From the NCBI GenBank assembly GCA_002839435.1, contig PGYA01000007.1, positions 14,756-78,755 on the forward strand: a DNA stretch of 64,000 nucleotides, in the 5' to 3' direction. Within the stretch, counting starts at the first letter, position 1, and each line of letters begins with the position of its first letter. The position numbers and the translations under genes are program-made. Shown here one piece after another: positions 50,170 to 59,841 of this stretch. This DNA is from Candidatus Riflebacteria bacterium HGW-Riflebacteria-2 (GTDB lineage Bacteria; Muiribacteriota; Ozemobacteria; Ozemobacterales; Ozemobacteraceae). The notes below the pieces were generated by a model, which ran no database searches, was not told the DNA's origin, and saw only the letters and a list, made by a program, of their open reading frames with translations.

Positions 50170-50904
50170 TTACAGGCTGTTGAAGTCTTCGGCGGGCTGG
50201 AAGCCGGCGGCCATAAGAATATCGGCGCCGCGCTCGCGGTCGTCGGCAAGGTTGCCGGTACCAGCACTGTACTGATAAGTTGATGGCGCGGCTTTGGGCA
50301 TGTTCAGTGAGCGCAGCAGATCGTCGATTTCGCGGGGCGGCTCAAATTGAAGCAGATCGCCGGTTTTTTCGAGATAAGTGCGGTCGGCGATGATAAAAGC
50401 GCCAACACCATGATCTTCGGCGGTTTCGGGGCACCAGATGAAAACATAGTCGGCCGGGTCGCCGGCCGGCGAATAGACATAGCTTTCATTCATTATCTGC
50501 AGCTGATGATCAACGATTGAAACGTCGTAGTTATCGTCGGAATCGAGCGTAACCCGCAGTTTTACGCGCATTCTTTCGGGGCGGGGAGCGGCATATTTGA
50601 GGAAAATGCGGTTGATGGTTTCCTGGCGGTCAGGCGGGCATTGCAGAGCAAAGCTGATCTGGCTGGCATAAAGTTGCAGGTGCTCTAAGGCTTTCTGCTG
50701 GCCGGCATCGTTGCGATCGTAGTCGCCAAGCCGGGTAATTTCGCCAAAGATGTTGGAAACCTCAAATGCGTCAACAATATATGCTTTTTCATAACTTATC
50801 AGCCTGATATCGGCCCAGATTTCGAGCAGGTTCTGACTGGCGCTGGCAGAACCGGCCGCCATCGCAAAAAAGCACAGAGTTAAAATTGCCAGAAATCTTG
50901 TCAT
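50170..50904 (-). CDS. secreted protein of unknown function
   Basis: Signal peptide MTRFLAILTLCFFAMAAGSASA. Confidence 0.45.
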   Translation of the reverse strand: MTRFLAILTLCFFAMAAGSASASQNLLEIWADIRLISYEKAYIVDAFEVSNIFGEITRLGDYDRNDAGQQKALEHLQLYASQISFALQCPPDRQETINRIFLKYAAPRPERMRVKLRVTLDSDDNYDVSIVDHQLQIMNESYVYSPAGDPADYVFIWCPETAEDHGVGAFIIADRTYLEKTGDLLQFEPPREIDDLLRSLNMPKAAPSTYQYSAGTGNLADDRERGADILMAAGFQPAEDFNSL

Positions 50905-51173
50905 CGCAGAATCACAAACCTTAATTCACGTAGTAGAATTACAATTGTTTTGTACACAAGAGCATTTAAAAGCAAGTTTTATGCCAGTTGCAGACTGACC
51001 ACTGATAAGCGTTAGCGCTCATTCAGTCTGGAAATGCAGAATATCTGCCAGCTTTATGCCAAAATATCAGCTCCTGTGCTATCGCTATAATAGTCGGAAG
51101 GTGAGTTATGTCAGCTCTATACATGGAATGAAAGTATGGTATTCTGATGCAAATGTTTACAGGAGATTGACTT

Positions 51174-52022
51174 ATGAAGACGTATAAACCGGTGTTTATT
51201 CTGCTGGCCGTTCTGCTGTTTACGAGCAGCAGTGTTATGGCTGAAGTCGATGCTCCGGGCCAGAAACTGCAGCAGAAGGAAATCGACAAGGCAACAGCAC
51301 AATGCCGCGAAATAATCAGACCTTACAGTTCTGAATCAGGATTTCCGGAGATTCTGCCAGAAGGATTACGCGGCAAAGACTGGGAAACGATACGCCGAAA
51401 AGTTGCTGAAGACTGCTTTAAATGTTCGAAAATAATGCTTGATCTGCTTGAAAAAAACAGGCTGCCGATCAAGCTGCGGCTCGGCGCGAAGTATTTTCGC
51501 AAAAGATTCATTATGGGAACCGCTATTTACCCGCACAAAGATGAAAGCGACAAGATTCATGAATTTCAGTGCCGCAGTTTCGCAAGTGACTGTGAAGTCG
51601 GCCTCAACGAAATGCACTACTGGCAGAAAGCCGAACCTGAATCAACCGGTGACGCCCGGTGGTTGAAAACTGCCAGAGATGGTCTTGTCAGGGTTAAGCA
51701 GATGTTGCCGGTATTTCCTGATGAAATAGGCGGCGAAGAAGCCCGAGAATTCTGGCGACAGGCGGCCGAGAGAGCGACACAAGCCGGAAACGAGGCTGGC
51801 ATGACGGCAAGCCGCATCGGCGACTTCAATTCTCCGGCATGGCGCCTTAAATTTGCGATAAAGTATTGCAAGGCTGCTACCAGAGCTGCGGTTTCTGACA
51901 GTCTGCATGCGCGTGAATCTGACCCAGAATACTGGCGACTGGCTGTCATAAAGCTGCAGGAGTCTATCGAACCGCTTGGCAGCGAAATCGATGAACTGCT
52001 CAAATCTCTGTCCAAAAGATAG
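51174..52022 (+). CDS. secreted protein of unknown function
   Basis: RBS AGGAGA. Signal peptide MKTYKPVFILLAVLLFTSSSVMA. Confidence 0.45.
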   Translation: MKTYKPVFILLAVLLFTSSSVMAEVDAPGQKLQQKEIDKATAQCREIIRPYSSESGFPEILPEGLRGKDWETIRRKVAEDCFKCSKIMLDLLEKNRLPIKLRLGAKYFRKRFIMGTAIYPHKDESDKIHEFQCRSFASDCEVGLNEMHYWQKAEPESTGDARWLKTARDGLVRVKQMLPVFPDEIGGEEAREFWRQAAERATQAGNEAGMTASRIGDFNSPAWRLKFAIKYCKAATRAAVSDSLHARESDPEYWRLAVIKLQESIEPLGSEIDELLKSLSKR

Positions 52023-52307
52023 TCTCCAGCGCTGCCGGCCTTTTTGGCCTGCGCTTTGGGAGGTGCCACCAGCTTTACCGGGTCGCTGATAACCTTGAAG
52101 TCGAGATTTGCCAAGGCGCGAGCCGCTACGGCCAGAAACCTTTTCAAGTTGTTCAAAATGGCTATCATGCATAAGGAATGGTGCAAAGCAATCGAATTTT
52201 CAGATTTTTCGGCGAGATTTCACGGCATTACGTTTTTTCTGTCTCTGGTGTATGCTTATAAGATATACAAGTGACTTTGAGCATTAAGCAAATAATCGGA
52301 GGCTTTT

Positions 52308-53876
52308 ATGGCCAGGCATAAGGTTATCGGCGTAGTTTTTATTCTCGCAGTCTTTATGGCTTCGCTCATGCCGGTTAGAGCTGAGCAGTTGATGAATCGC
52401 ATCGACCGATTTTTTGTATTTGGCAGTAATCTGGCCTGGTTTAATAACAATTATGGCGCTGATATCGGCACCAATCATGCTGAAGGTGGCTGGTCACCGA
52501 CCTTTTCTCAGGAACACTGCGAAAAGGTGTTTGCCAATCTCGAAAAGATGGGGTGCCCGGTGATAAGAATCTGGGCGTTTGAAAGACAGGAAGGTCTTAC
52601 TTTTACGGCTGACCTGACTTCTGACCCGGCTTATCCTTATCATGAAGTTACCGGCCTCGACGACAAATTCATGGAGAATTGCCGCTTTTTGATGGATTGC
52701 GCGGACAGACACCATGTAAAAGTTTACTGGTCTCTGCTTAACCATCTGATTCGCGAAGAACAGGATGGCCGACACATGCGCATCATTACCGACAAAAAGG
52801 TGCGTAAAAGCTATATCAACCATGCGGCACTGCCATTTTTGCAGGAATTTGCGCGCCACCCGGCTTTTTTTGCCGTCGATATCATGAACGAAGCTGATGG
52901 CGCGATTGGCGGCATAGATTTTCTCAGCGGTGGCATGAATCCCAAACTTGGCTGCACCTGGAAACAGATGCGGGTATTTATCAAGGAATGTGCAAATGCT
53001 TTTCATCAGGCAATTCCCGGCATAAAAGTCACCTGCAGCAGTGGCTGGCATGAATATAAAAACGTTAAGGCCGGCCGTTTTTCAGGGCTTGGCCTGGATT
53101 TTTATGACTGGCATTCTTATAAAGACGAGCCTGATCTGCCGCATGCCCGCGAACTTAAGCTTGATAAGCCGGTTATCATTGGTGAATGCGGGCCAAAAAC
53201 TCAGGAACCGGACGAGCACTATTCTCTGCAGGGTAAAAACTGGAACGCCTATCTGGCGCAGGCCCGCAAAGGCTATGCTGGGCTGTTGACCTGGTCTTAT
53301 GGCAATCAGGGCGCTGCCAGTAACTTCACCATGGTTAACAAAGACCATAGCTGGCGCAGCGGAGCAAAATTCATTTATCGGGCAACGCGGGGCGAACTGA
53401 TTCCAGACGCTGGGCCGCTGTTGCTAACTGATGCGGAAGCAAAGGCTCTGAAAACCCTTAACAGCGCCCTGAAAATTGTAATCGACCTGAAAGACCATTC
53501 GAACCCGAGATCACTGAATACTGCACAGAAGCGGCTGGTATGGCTCGGCAACGAAACCGCAAAATATTATCCCTATGTAAATCCAAGATACGCTGTTTTC
53601 AGCTTTATCAGAGCCCTGAATGAGATTTCCAATGCCGGTGAATGGGAACTGCGCAACCGCTCAGAAGGCTTTGCCGAAAGAACTGCTGCGTTACAGAAAA
53701 TCGGCGCGGCTCTGCTCGATCAGGAGGGCACCATCAAGTCGACCAGGCTGGCGCAGGCAACCGCACGGCTGGCCGATTTCCTTAAAAGAGACCCGGCCGC
53801 AAAAAACACGGCAACCCCGTCGCCATTTGATGTAGATAGTGCAGGAAGCGGCGCCGCTGTGCCCGAGGTAGAATAA
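52308..53876 (+). CDS. secreted glycoside hydrolase family 5 (mannanase/cellulase-like)
   Basis: Signal peptide. VIRIWAF, DIMNE (candidate acid/base NE) and IIGECG (candidate nucleophile Glu) are in GH5 order. Confidence 0.65.
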   Translation: MARHKVIGVVFILAVFMASLMPVRAEQLMNRIDRFFVFGSNLAWFNNNYGADIGTNHAEGGWSPTFSQEHCEKVFANLEKMGCPVIRIWAFERQEGLTFTADLTSDPAYPYHEVTGLDDKFMENCRFLMDCADRHHVKVYWSLLNHLIREEQDGRHMRIITDKKVRKSYINHAALPFLQEFARHPAFFAVDIMNEADGAIGGIDFLSGGMNPKLGCTWKQMRVFIKECANAFHQAIPGIKVTCSSGWHEYKNVKAGRFSGLGLDFYDWHSYKDEPDLPHARELKLDKPVIIGECGPKTQEPDEHYSLQGKNWNAYLAQARKGYAGLLTWSYGNQGAASNFTMVNKDHSWRSGAKFIYRATRGELIPDAGPLLLTDAEAKALKTLNSALKIVIDLKDHSNPRSLNTAQKRLVWLGNETAKYYPYVNPRYAVFSFIRALNEISNAGEWELRNRSEGFAERTAALQKIGAALLDQEGTIKSTRLAQATARLADFLKRDPAAKNTATPSPFDVDSAGSGAAVPEVE

Positions 53877-53889
53877 GCCTGGCGCACAA

Positions 53890-56787
53890 TCAGTTCTGGC
53901 GCAGGGCAGTCAGCTCATAGAGCGGGTATTCGCGGCTTTTGCCCTTGATTTCGGTTCTTGCCAGAAAACTGACGCGGGCGCGGCCGCGCAGCAGGCGTAT
54001 GGTCGAAGGTGCCACAATGATGCCGGTCTGTGTTGTTCTATGCGCTTCGGCTTTGAGACGGGCAGCCAGATTAACCGCATCACCGATGACGGTAAAATCG
54101 AGTTTGCCGAGACGCGAGCCGATGCGGCCGGAAACCACGCTACCGCTGGCAATACCGCCGCGCAAATGAAAGCTGCGTTGGCGCATGGCTTCGACCAGAT
54201 CGAGAATGGCTGAGGCAGCGGCCAGGGCATGGTCGGGCAAATCTTGCGAGCTGCGAAATACCAGCATGAGAGTGTCTTCGATGAGCTTATCGACGACGCC
54301 GCCGCGCGGCATGACAGCACGATTGGCCTCGTCAATGAAAACACCGAGAGCTTTGAACACTTGATCGCCGGCCTGGTCGTGCAGATCATGCAGGCGCACA
54401 AAAGCGACACTGGCTTCGATACGAATACCACCCGGCGCCATACTGTCGTCGGCATCTTCTTCTACCGCACGCATGGCTTCGCTTGAGAGAAAATGAGAAA
54501 GGCGGCGGCGCTGTTCGAGGCCTTTGATCATCTCGTCAAACGCCGACTTGAGTTCACCAAACTCGTCGCTGCCGGTCAGAGCCACCCGCTGCTGGTAGTC
54601 GCCGGCCGCCACGCATTCGGTTACTCTGACAAATTCTGCGATTGGCCGCAGGTAGATGAGTTTGAAAACCAGCAGAATCAGAAACATCAGCGTCAGGCCA
54701 TATAAAGGCAGAAGCATCATATAGCCCGGTGTTATCAGTTGTCCGGCCGCAATCTCAGCCTGTGTCAGCATGAACAAAGGCATATCGGCCATCGAAAAAA
54801 TCTGAGCCAGATGGTTCTTTTCAGGCTCATAAAGATTGTGACCCGAAATCGATGCCAGCTTGAGATGCTCGAGCAATATCGGGTCAGCAACTTCGCTGTT
54901 GTCTGAAAGATCGTAAAAACGCGGAATGCCAAAATCTTCACGCTGAATGAAAAATTGATGCCGCAGATCAGAAACTCCTTTAAAGTGACGATTGGCAAAT
55001 TCACCCAGCAGAATATCACGGTCAAAAGATGCGGTCAGTATTGCCCTGATGCTGTTTTTACCAGGATAGTTGAAATAGATCGAAGAAAAGCGTCGATCAC
55101 TGCCAAATGCGGCAAACTGATAAATTCCGCCGCAACGGTTAACCACCTCGTTGATGAAAGTCGAATCCATCGCGGTAACACTTTCTTCCTCACCCGTAGA
55201 ACTAACGCCGGTAAGAATGCCCTGCTCGTTGAAACCATGCATTATCGTCGCGGCAAACAGTCGCATGCTGGATTCATCTATATTTGACCGATTGTTTGAG
55301 AAATGTGGCGAACTCATATACAAACCATCGAGAAACTTGCGATCGAGTCTCAATTCTGCCAGAGCAGGGCTCTCTTCAAAACAACCCGCGAAAATTGCGC
55401 TAATCTCGTCATCTTTGCCGGCTTCCAGCCGACCTTCGATTTTCAGCGCCAGATCATAGTTAGCGTGCTGCAGATCGAGCAGATAAGAAGCCAGACCCTC
55501 GGTAAAATCGGTAAAAAGCTGCTGTTGTCGAGATTCGAGCCGATAGCGACCAATCACCTGATTGAACTGGTTCCAGCTGACAAAGCCCGCAAACAACAAC
55601 AAGAATGGCAAAACCAGAAGGAATGCAGTGGCAACGATACTCTTGCTGGTAATACCTGCTTTGAACTCAAAGCCAAACAGATAAAGATTTACCAGAAGCA
55701 AGGTACCAGCCAGTATAAAAAGTCGGCCGGCAAAACTGATGTGAGATCGGTAAGCAAACAGAGGGTGCTGCAACTGCGACTCCGCAACCGATATTTCGAG
55801 AAGCGGCAGCCTGCTGGCAATTTCCTGCAGTCGGGCAGGCACGAAAGTGCCACCATGCACAAGGTCAACCATACTGCTACGCGACATTGTCGATTGCAGA
55901 TGATAGCCCTGGTCATCTTCGACAAAGCGAGTTATCGGCTTTTGCAAAGAATGTTTTTGTTCCCAGAGACTGTCAGAAAATCTGACAAAGCTACGTTGCA
56001 GGCCGGGGATAAAGCGCTTAACCGCAGCTCTGGCAACCTTCTGCCAGGCAATATCGCGACCGTTCACGACCAGCAGACAGCCCCCGGTAATACGGGAAAC
56101 GCCGGCCTGCGTCGCTTTGAAGGGGTGATAATAGAAATAGATGGAACCGCCAGGTTTTGCCGAAACAGATCGGCTGACACGAAATGGAACCACCGGCACT
56201 TCAGCGATAAGCGCAAACATGCGCCTGAAAAAAAGATCGGCATCTTTCTTCGCTTTGAGCGGGTTGCTGAAACGAAAAAGAGCCTGTATCGACTCTGCGG
56301 CAGCAGAGCTGTGAAAACCATACAGCTGCTGTTCGTTTACTGAAACGAACCAGCGTCTGGTAAGAGTTCGCGAAATATTCGACAGGCTCCTTCCGAGCTC
56401 CTCGTTGAACCAGTAATCAACACTCTGCGTATCAGCAGAATGAGTAATTACACCAGCAGCCGGCACCCCGGTCTTATCTCGCATGCTCTCAGCCAGTTTT
56501 GCCGGGTCATTGATATTCTGTGAAGCAGGATCGGCAAAAAAAACTTCGCAACTTCGTTGCAGAAAGCTTTCCATTTCGAGATCATTGCGGAAGCGATCCA
56601 TCTCGTTGGTCATTTTAGCGGTCATTGCGCGCAGATTAGCCTGTCTCGTCTGCTTGAACAGAAAATCCAGACTCAACTGTAGAATCAACACCGGTATAAC
56701 AAACACGGCCAGCCATATCGCCAGCAGGGTAAAAGTTCCGATTCGGCGTTCAATATTTATTGCAACTGATCCAGATCGTTCAGTCAT
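53890..56787 (-). CDS. membrane sensor class III adenylate/guanylate cyclase (periplasmic domain + HAMP + cyclase)
   Basis: The C-terminal cyclase block is VAFVRLHDLHD...IASGSVVSGRIGS...FTVIGDAVNLAARL. A HAMP-like segment lies before it. Two TM regions flank a ~300-aa extracytoplasmic domain. Confidence 0.75.
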   Translation of the reverse strand: MTERSGSVAINIERRIGTFTLLAIWLAVFVIPVLILQLSLDFLFKQTRQANLRAMTAKMTNEMDRFRNDLEMESFLQRSCEVFFADPASQNINDPAKLAESMRDKTGVPAAGVITHSADTQSVDYWFNEELGRSLSNISRTLTRRWFVSVNEQQLYGFHSSAAAESIQALFRFSNPLKAKKDADLFFRRMFALIAEVPVVPFRVSRSVSAKPGGSIYFYYHPFKATQAGVSRITGGCLLVVNGRDIAWQKVARAAVKRFIPGLQRSFVRFSDSLWEQKHSLQKPITRFVEDDQGYHLQSTMSRSSMVDLVHGGTFVPARLQEIASRLPLLEISVAESQLQHPLFAYRSHISFAGRLFILAGTLLLVNLYLFGFEFKAGITSKSIVATAFLLVLPFLLLFAGFVSWNQFNQVIGRYRLESRQQQLFTDFTEGLASYLLDLQHANYDLALKIEGRLEAGKDDEISAIFAGCFEESPALAELRLDRKFLDGLYMSSPHFSNNRSNIDESSMRLFAATIMHGFNEQGILTGVSSTGEEESVTAMDSTFINEVVNRCGGIYQFAAFGSDRRFSSIYFNYPGKNSIRAILTASFDRDILLGEFANRHFKGVSDLRHQFFIQREDFGIPRFYDLSDNSEVADPILLEHLKLASISGHNLYEPEKNHLAQIFSMADMPLFMLTQAEIAAGQLITPGYMMLLPLYGLTLMFLILLVFKLIYLRPIAEFVRVTECVAAGDYQQRVALTGSDEFGELKSAFDEMIKGLEQRRRLSHFLSSEAMRAVEEDADDSMAPGGIRIEASVAFVRLHDLHDQAGDQVFKALGVFIDEANRAVMPRGGVVDKLIEDTLMLVFRSSQDLPDHALAAASAILDLVEAMRQRSFHLRGGIASGSVVSGRIGSRLGKLDFTVIGDAVNLAARLKAEAHRTTQTGIIVAPSTIRLLRGRARVSFLARTEIKGKSREYPLYELTALRQN

Positions 56788-59722
56788 CAGACACCTCATC
56801 AGCAACCAGGCAAAAGGCCGGCAAACCACATAAATCAGTCACATCAGACATGGCCGCGGCATTTTTAACACCGGCAGCAGTCTGCTGACAAAGCAAGATC
56901 CGCGACCCGACATGCCGGCTCGCACTTTCGAGCTTTTCAGCAATATGAGTCACTTCACCAATTACTGAAAGCACCTGACGCCCATCAGGGCTGCCGGCGA
57001 TGCCGGACACAGCTTCGCCGGTGGCAATGCCAATTCCGTTATCGATAACAAAAAGTCCGGCAGCGGCGCGCCGGGCATTGAGAGCAACCAGTCGCCGGCG
57101 CATACACATGGCAGCCGTGAGCGCGCGTTCTTCTGGCCGATCAGCCTGATCATGGTAAAAAACTGCCACTACAGCATCGCCGACAAAACGCTCGATAAAG
57201 CCGCCAGATTCCTTGATAGCGGTTTCCATCTCGGTAAAATAGTCGTTGAGCAGGCTCACGATCTGTTGTGGCTCATGTTTTTCACTGAGTGAAGTGAACC
57301 CGCGAATATCACTGGCAAGCAAGGTTACCATACTGCTTTTCGTGCACTCGCTCGCGCTCAGCCCCAGCTGTTCAAAAAGATTATCAGAAACAAAGCGCCG
57401 CATTTTTTCGCGCTGCACTAGACCGGTCGCCATGCGATTGAAAGAACTGGCCAACAGTGAGAACTCGTCAGAATCGGGCATCTGTACGGCAACCTGGTAA
57501 TTGCCTGCCGTTATCTCAGCTGTTGCCTTCTGAAAACCGGAAACAGGGTGTATAAACATTGCTGAAAGCAGATCTGCAAAAAGCAGAAGGCAAAATAATG
57601 TCATTGCCAGCAGAACGAAGGGAAAAAGCTTGAGCAGCAGTTCAAGCCTGAGATCTTGCGAAGCCGTTGAAATACCGGCAAAGACAAGACTGTCACCGCT
57701 TATGTAACGACGATTGACAAATTTGTAATTGCCGTCAGCATTTTGCATGAGGTGTGAACCGCCACTGCGGCTGGCCGCGGCAATATCCAGCTGCTGTTTG
57801 AGCTCGGATGATGAATTGACATAAGCCGGCCACCAGCGCAATATCGTATCATCTACCCGACGCTGCCCGATAAGAAAATCATGTTGTCGCCACGGCATAC
57901 GCTGCGAATATATTTCTGGAACAAACAGTCCAGGGTTAATCAAGATATAATTGGGACTGCTCGTACTGGTATTGCCTATTGCGCGTAAGGGATTTCCGGG
58001 CAATCTGGTATCGGGCAGCAACATATATACCATGCGCGACAATTCGTCGGCCTTTTTCCAATCTCGCGTTTCGACGCATTCACGATGCATGGTCAGGTGT
58101 TCTGAATAAGACTGCTGCAAAGAATCGATAGCGAGAGAATAAAAATCCCCCTGGTCTATGTACTTGCTATTGGTCGGAACCCTGCGGTCGAGGATACCGA
58201 GATGATCGAGATACCTGGCTGCCAGATAACAATCGGCGCGCCGCGAAGAGATGCTTGCTGGATGCCGTGATCTGAAAGCTCTTGTCATACCGTCGTCGCG
58301 ATAAAAGAACAGTTCAAAAAAATTGTCTGGCAACACAATCTTGTGTGAGTGCATTTGTAAAAGCTCGCTTGAAGGTCTTGCCACATGTTCGATAATTCGC
58401 TGTTTGGTCTTGAGGATCTCGAGATTCAGCTGCAGTTTCTGGTCATAGTAATAGCTGATCAGGCGGTACATTGAACTCGTGGCGTCTGCCCTCAGTTCAT
58501 GGCCGGTCAGGTTGTGAAAACTGTCAAACAGGCTCAGGCAGAAGTAGCCAAGCATCGTCCACGGCAGGCAGATAGAAAGAGCTATTATGGTGAGCATGCG
58601 CAGACGCAGGCGAAATGCATCAGGAAACCCGAACAGCATAAAATATATGGCAACTGCCAGAGTGATGATTATGACAAAACGACAGACGAAAGCAATTGAT
58701 CCCAGATGAGCCGCGTGTTCTTTTCTCAAGCTTTTAATCGAAAGTTCGACGCCGATTCGTGTTGGCAGCTGGTTCTGATAACCGCTGATACGACTGTAAC
58801 CTGCCAGTTCAACTGGAAAAGGCTGATTCAACCTGAGTGTATCAGGATCAGTGCTGTTACCAGATGGCGGTGAAGTGTAAAACAGCCTTCTTGTTCCCGG
58901 CCGCGAACTCTTTGTTGCCAGTTCGAGAATTTGATCTACCCCGATATCTCTGCTGGCAAACATGACAAAATAGCCTCCATAAACTAGTTCACCGGCTTTA
59001 ACCGGCAGATTATAGACAAAAAAGCGCCGGCTGCCAAAACGGGTTGTTGCCATCTCGTAAACAGCACCATGATGCGGTGGGCGATAGGCAAGATCGCCAA
59101 CATAGTCGTAAAAGAATTGATGATAAGTGCGTTCACGCCTGCCTGTTTTTACAACCTCAAATAGAAAATTCTGCAATGATTCACCAGCTTTGTGATTATT
59201 GGCAATCACTGCGCTGAAAGTCGCAGTATCGGCAACAATAAACGGCACCACCGCTTCAAAACGCTTTCGATGCTGAATGGGAAAATCCCGCAATTCACCA
59301 TAACTTTGGTTGAACCAGCTCCAGATATCTGTGAAATCGGTGTTGAAGGTGACTATGGCCAGTGGCTGTATTCCTGCCTCTTTCTGATAAAATTCACAGA
59401 GTTGGCCGATTGTTGCTGCCGTAAAGATACCAGCTTCCTGGTTTTGCGGAAAAATTGGGTGATTCATTGTTGCCGAAACAAGGCCGAGCTGAATCTCAGC
59501 CCGTTTGATCAGATTTTCGACAAACTGACGTGGAATGAGGCTCTTGCGAAAATCTGCCAGCTCTTCCTTGAGGCTTTGTTGAGCAACTTCGAGTTGTTGC
59601 TGCCAAAGACGCCCGGAAATATGATTCAAGTCGCTGACAATAAAGAAAAGAGGCGCAAGAACGACAATGGCAAAGACCAGACTTATCGAAAGACGAAGAT
59701 GCAACTCTCTGTTTTTAACCAT
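56780..59722 (-). CDS. membrane sensor class III adenylate/guanylate cyclase (paralog of the downstream gene)
   Basis: Same architecture as the 53890 gene: a HAMP segment (IHPVSGFQKATAEITAGNYQVAV) followed by the cyclase domain (LLASDIRGFTSL...FVGDAVVAVF...IGIATGEAVSGIAG). Confidence 0.75.
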   Translation of the reverse strand: MVKNRELHLRLSISLVFAIVVLAPLFFIVSDLNHISGRLWQQQLEVAQQSLKEELADFRKSLIPRQFVENLIKRAEIQLGLVSATMNHPIFPQNQEAGIFTAATIGQLCEFYQKEAGIQPLAIVTFNTDFTDIWSWFNQSYGELRDFPIQHRKRFEAVVPFIVADTATFSAVIANNHKAGESLQNFLFEVVKTGRRERTYHQFFYDYVGDLAYRPPHHGAVYEMATTRFGSRRFFVYNLPVKAGELVYGGYFVMFASRDIGVDQILELATKSSRPGTRRLFYTSPPSGNSTDPDTLRLNQPFPVELAGYSRISGYQNQLPTRIGVELSIKSLRKEHAAHLGSIAFVCRFVIIITLAVAIYFMLFGFPDAFRLRLRMLTIIALSICLPWTMLGYFCLSLFDSFHNLTGHELRADATSSMYRLISYYYDQKLQLNLEILKTKQRIIEHVARPSSELLQMHSHKIVLPDNFFELFFYRDDGMTRAFRSRHPASISSRRADCYLAARYLDHLGILDRRVPTNSKYIDQGDFYSLAIDSLQQSYSEHLTMHRECVETRDWKKADELSRMVYMLLPDTRLPGNPLRAIGNTSTSSPNYILINPGLFVPEIYSQRMPWRQHDFLIGQRRVDDTILRWWPAYVNSSSELKQQLDIAAASRSGGSHLMQNADGNYKFVNRRYISGDSLVFAGISTASQDLRLELLLKLFPFVLLAMTLFCLLLFADLLSAMFIHPVSGFQKATAEITAGNYQVAVQMPDSDEFSLLASSFNRMATGLVQREKMRRFVSDNLFEQLGLSASECTKSSMVTLLASDIRGFTSLSEKHEPQQIVSLLNDYFTEMETAIKESGGFIERFVGDAVVAVFYHDQADRPEERALTAAMCMRRRLVALNARRAAAGLFVIDNGIGIATGEAVSGIAGSPDGRQVLSVIGEVTHIAEKLESASRHVGSRILLCQQTAAGVKNAAAMSDVTDLCGLPAFCLVADEVSDD

Positions 59723-59794
59723 TGCGCAGTCGCTTACCTGTTAAAAAGCCCTAAAAGCCTAAGGCTTTCAGGGCTGAAACATTTCAATACCGTT

Positions 59795-59833
59795 GAGATT
59801 GCTTCGTCGGACTTTCGCCCGCCTCGCAATAAC
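59795..59833. repeat. palindromic-element half copy (GAGATTGCTTCGTC...CCTCGCAATAAC)
   Basis: Matches the right half of the 22193 element. Confidence 0.55.
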
Positions 59834-59841
59834 TGTTCATC

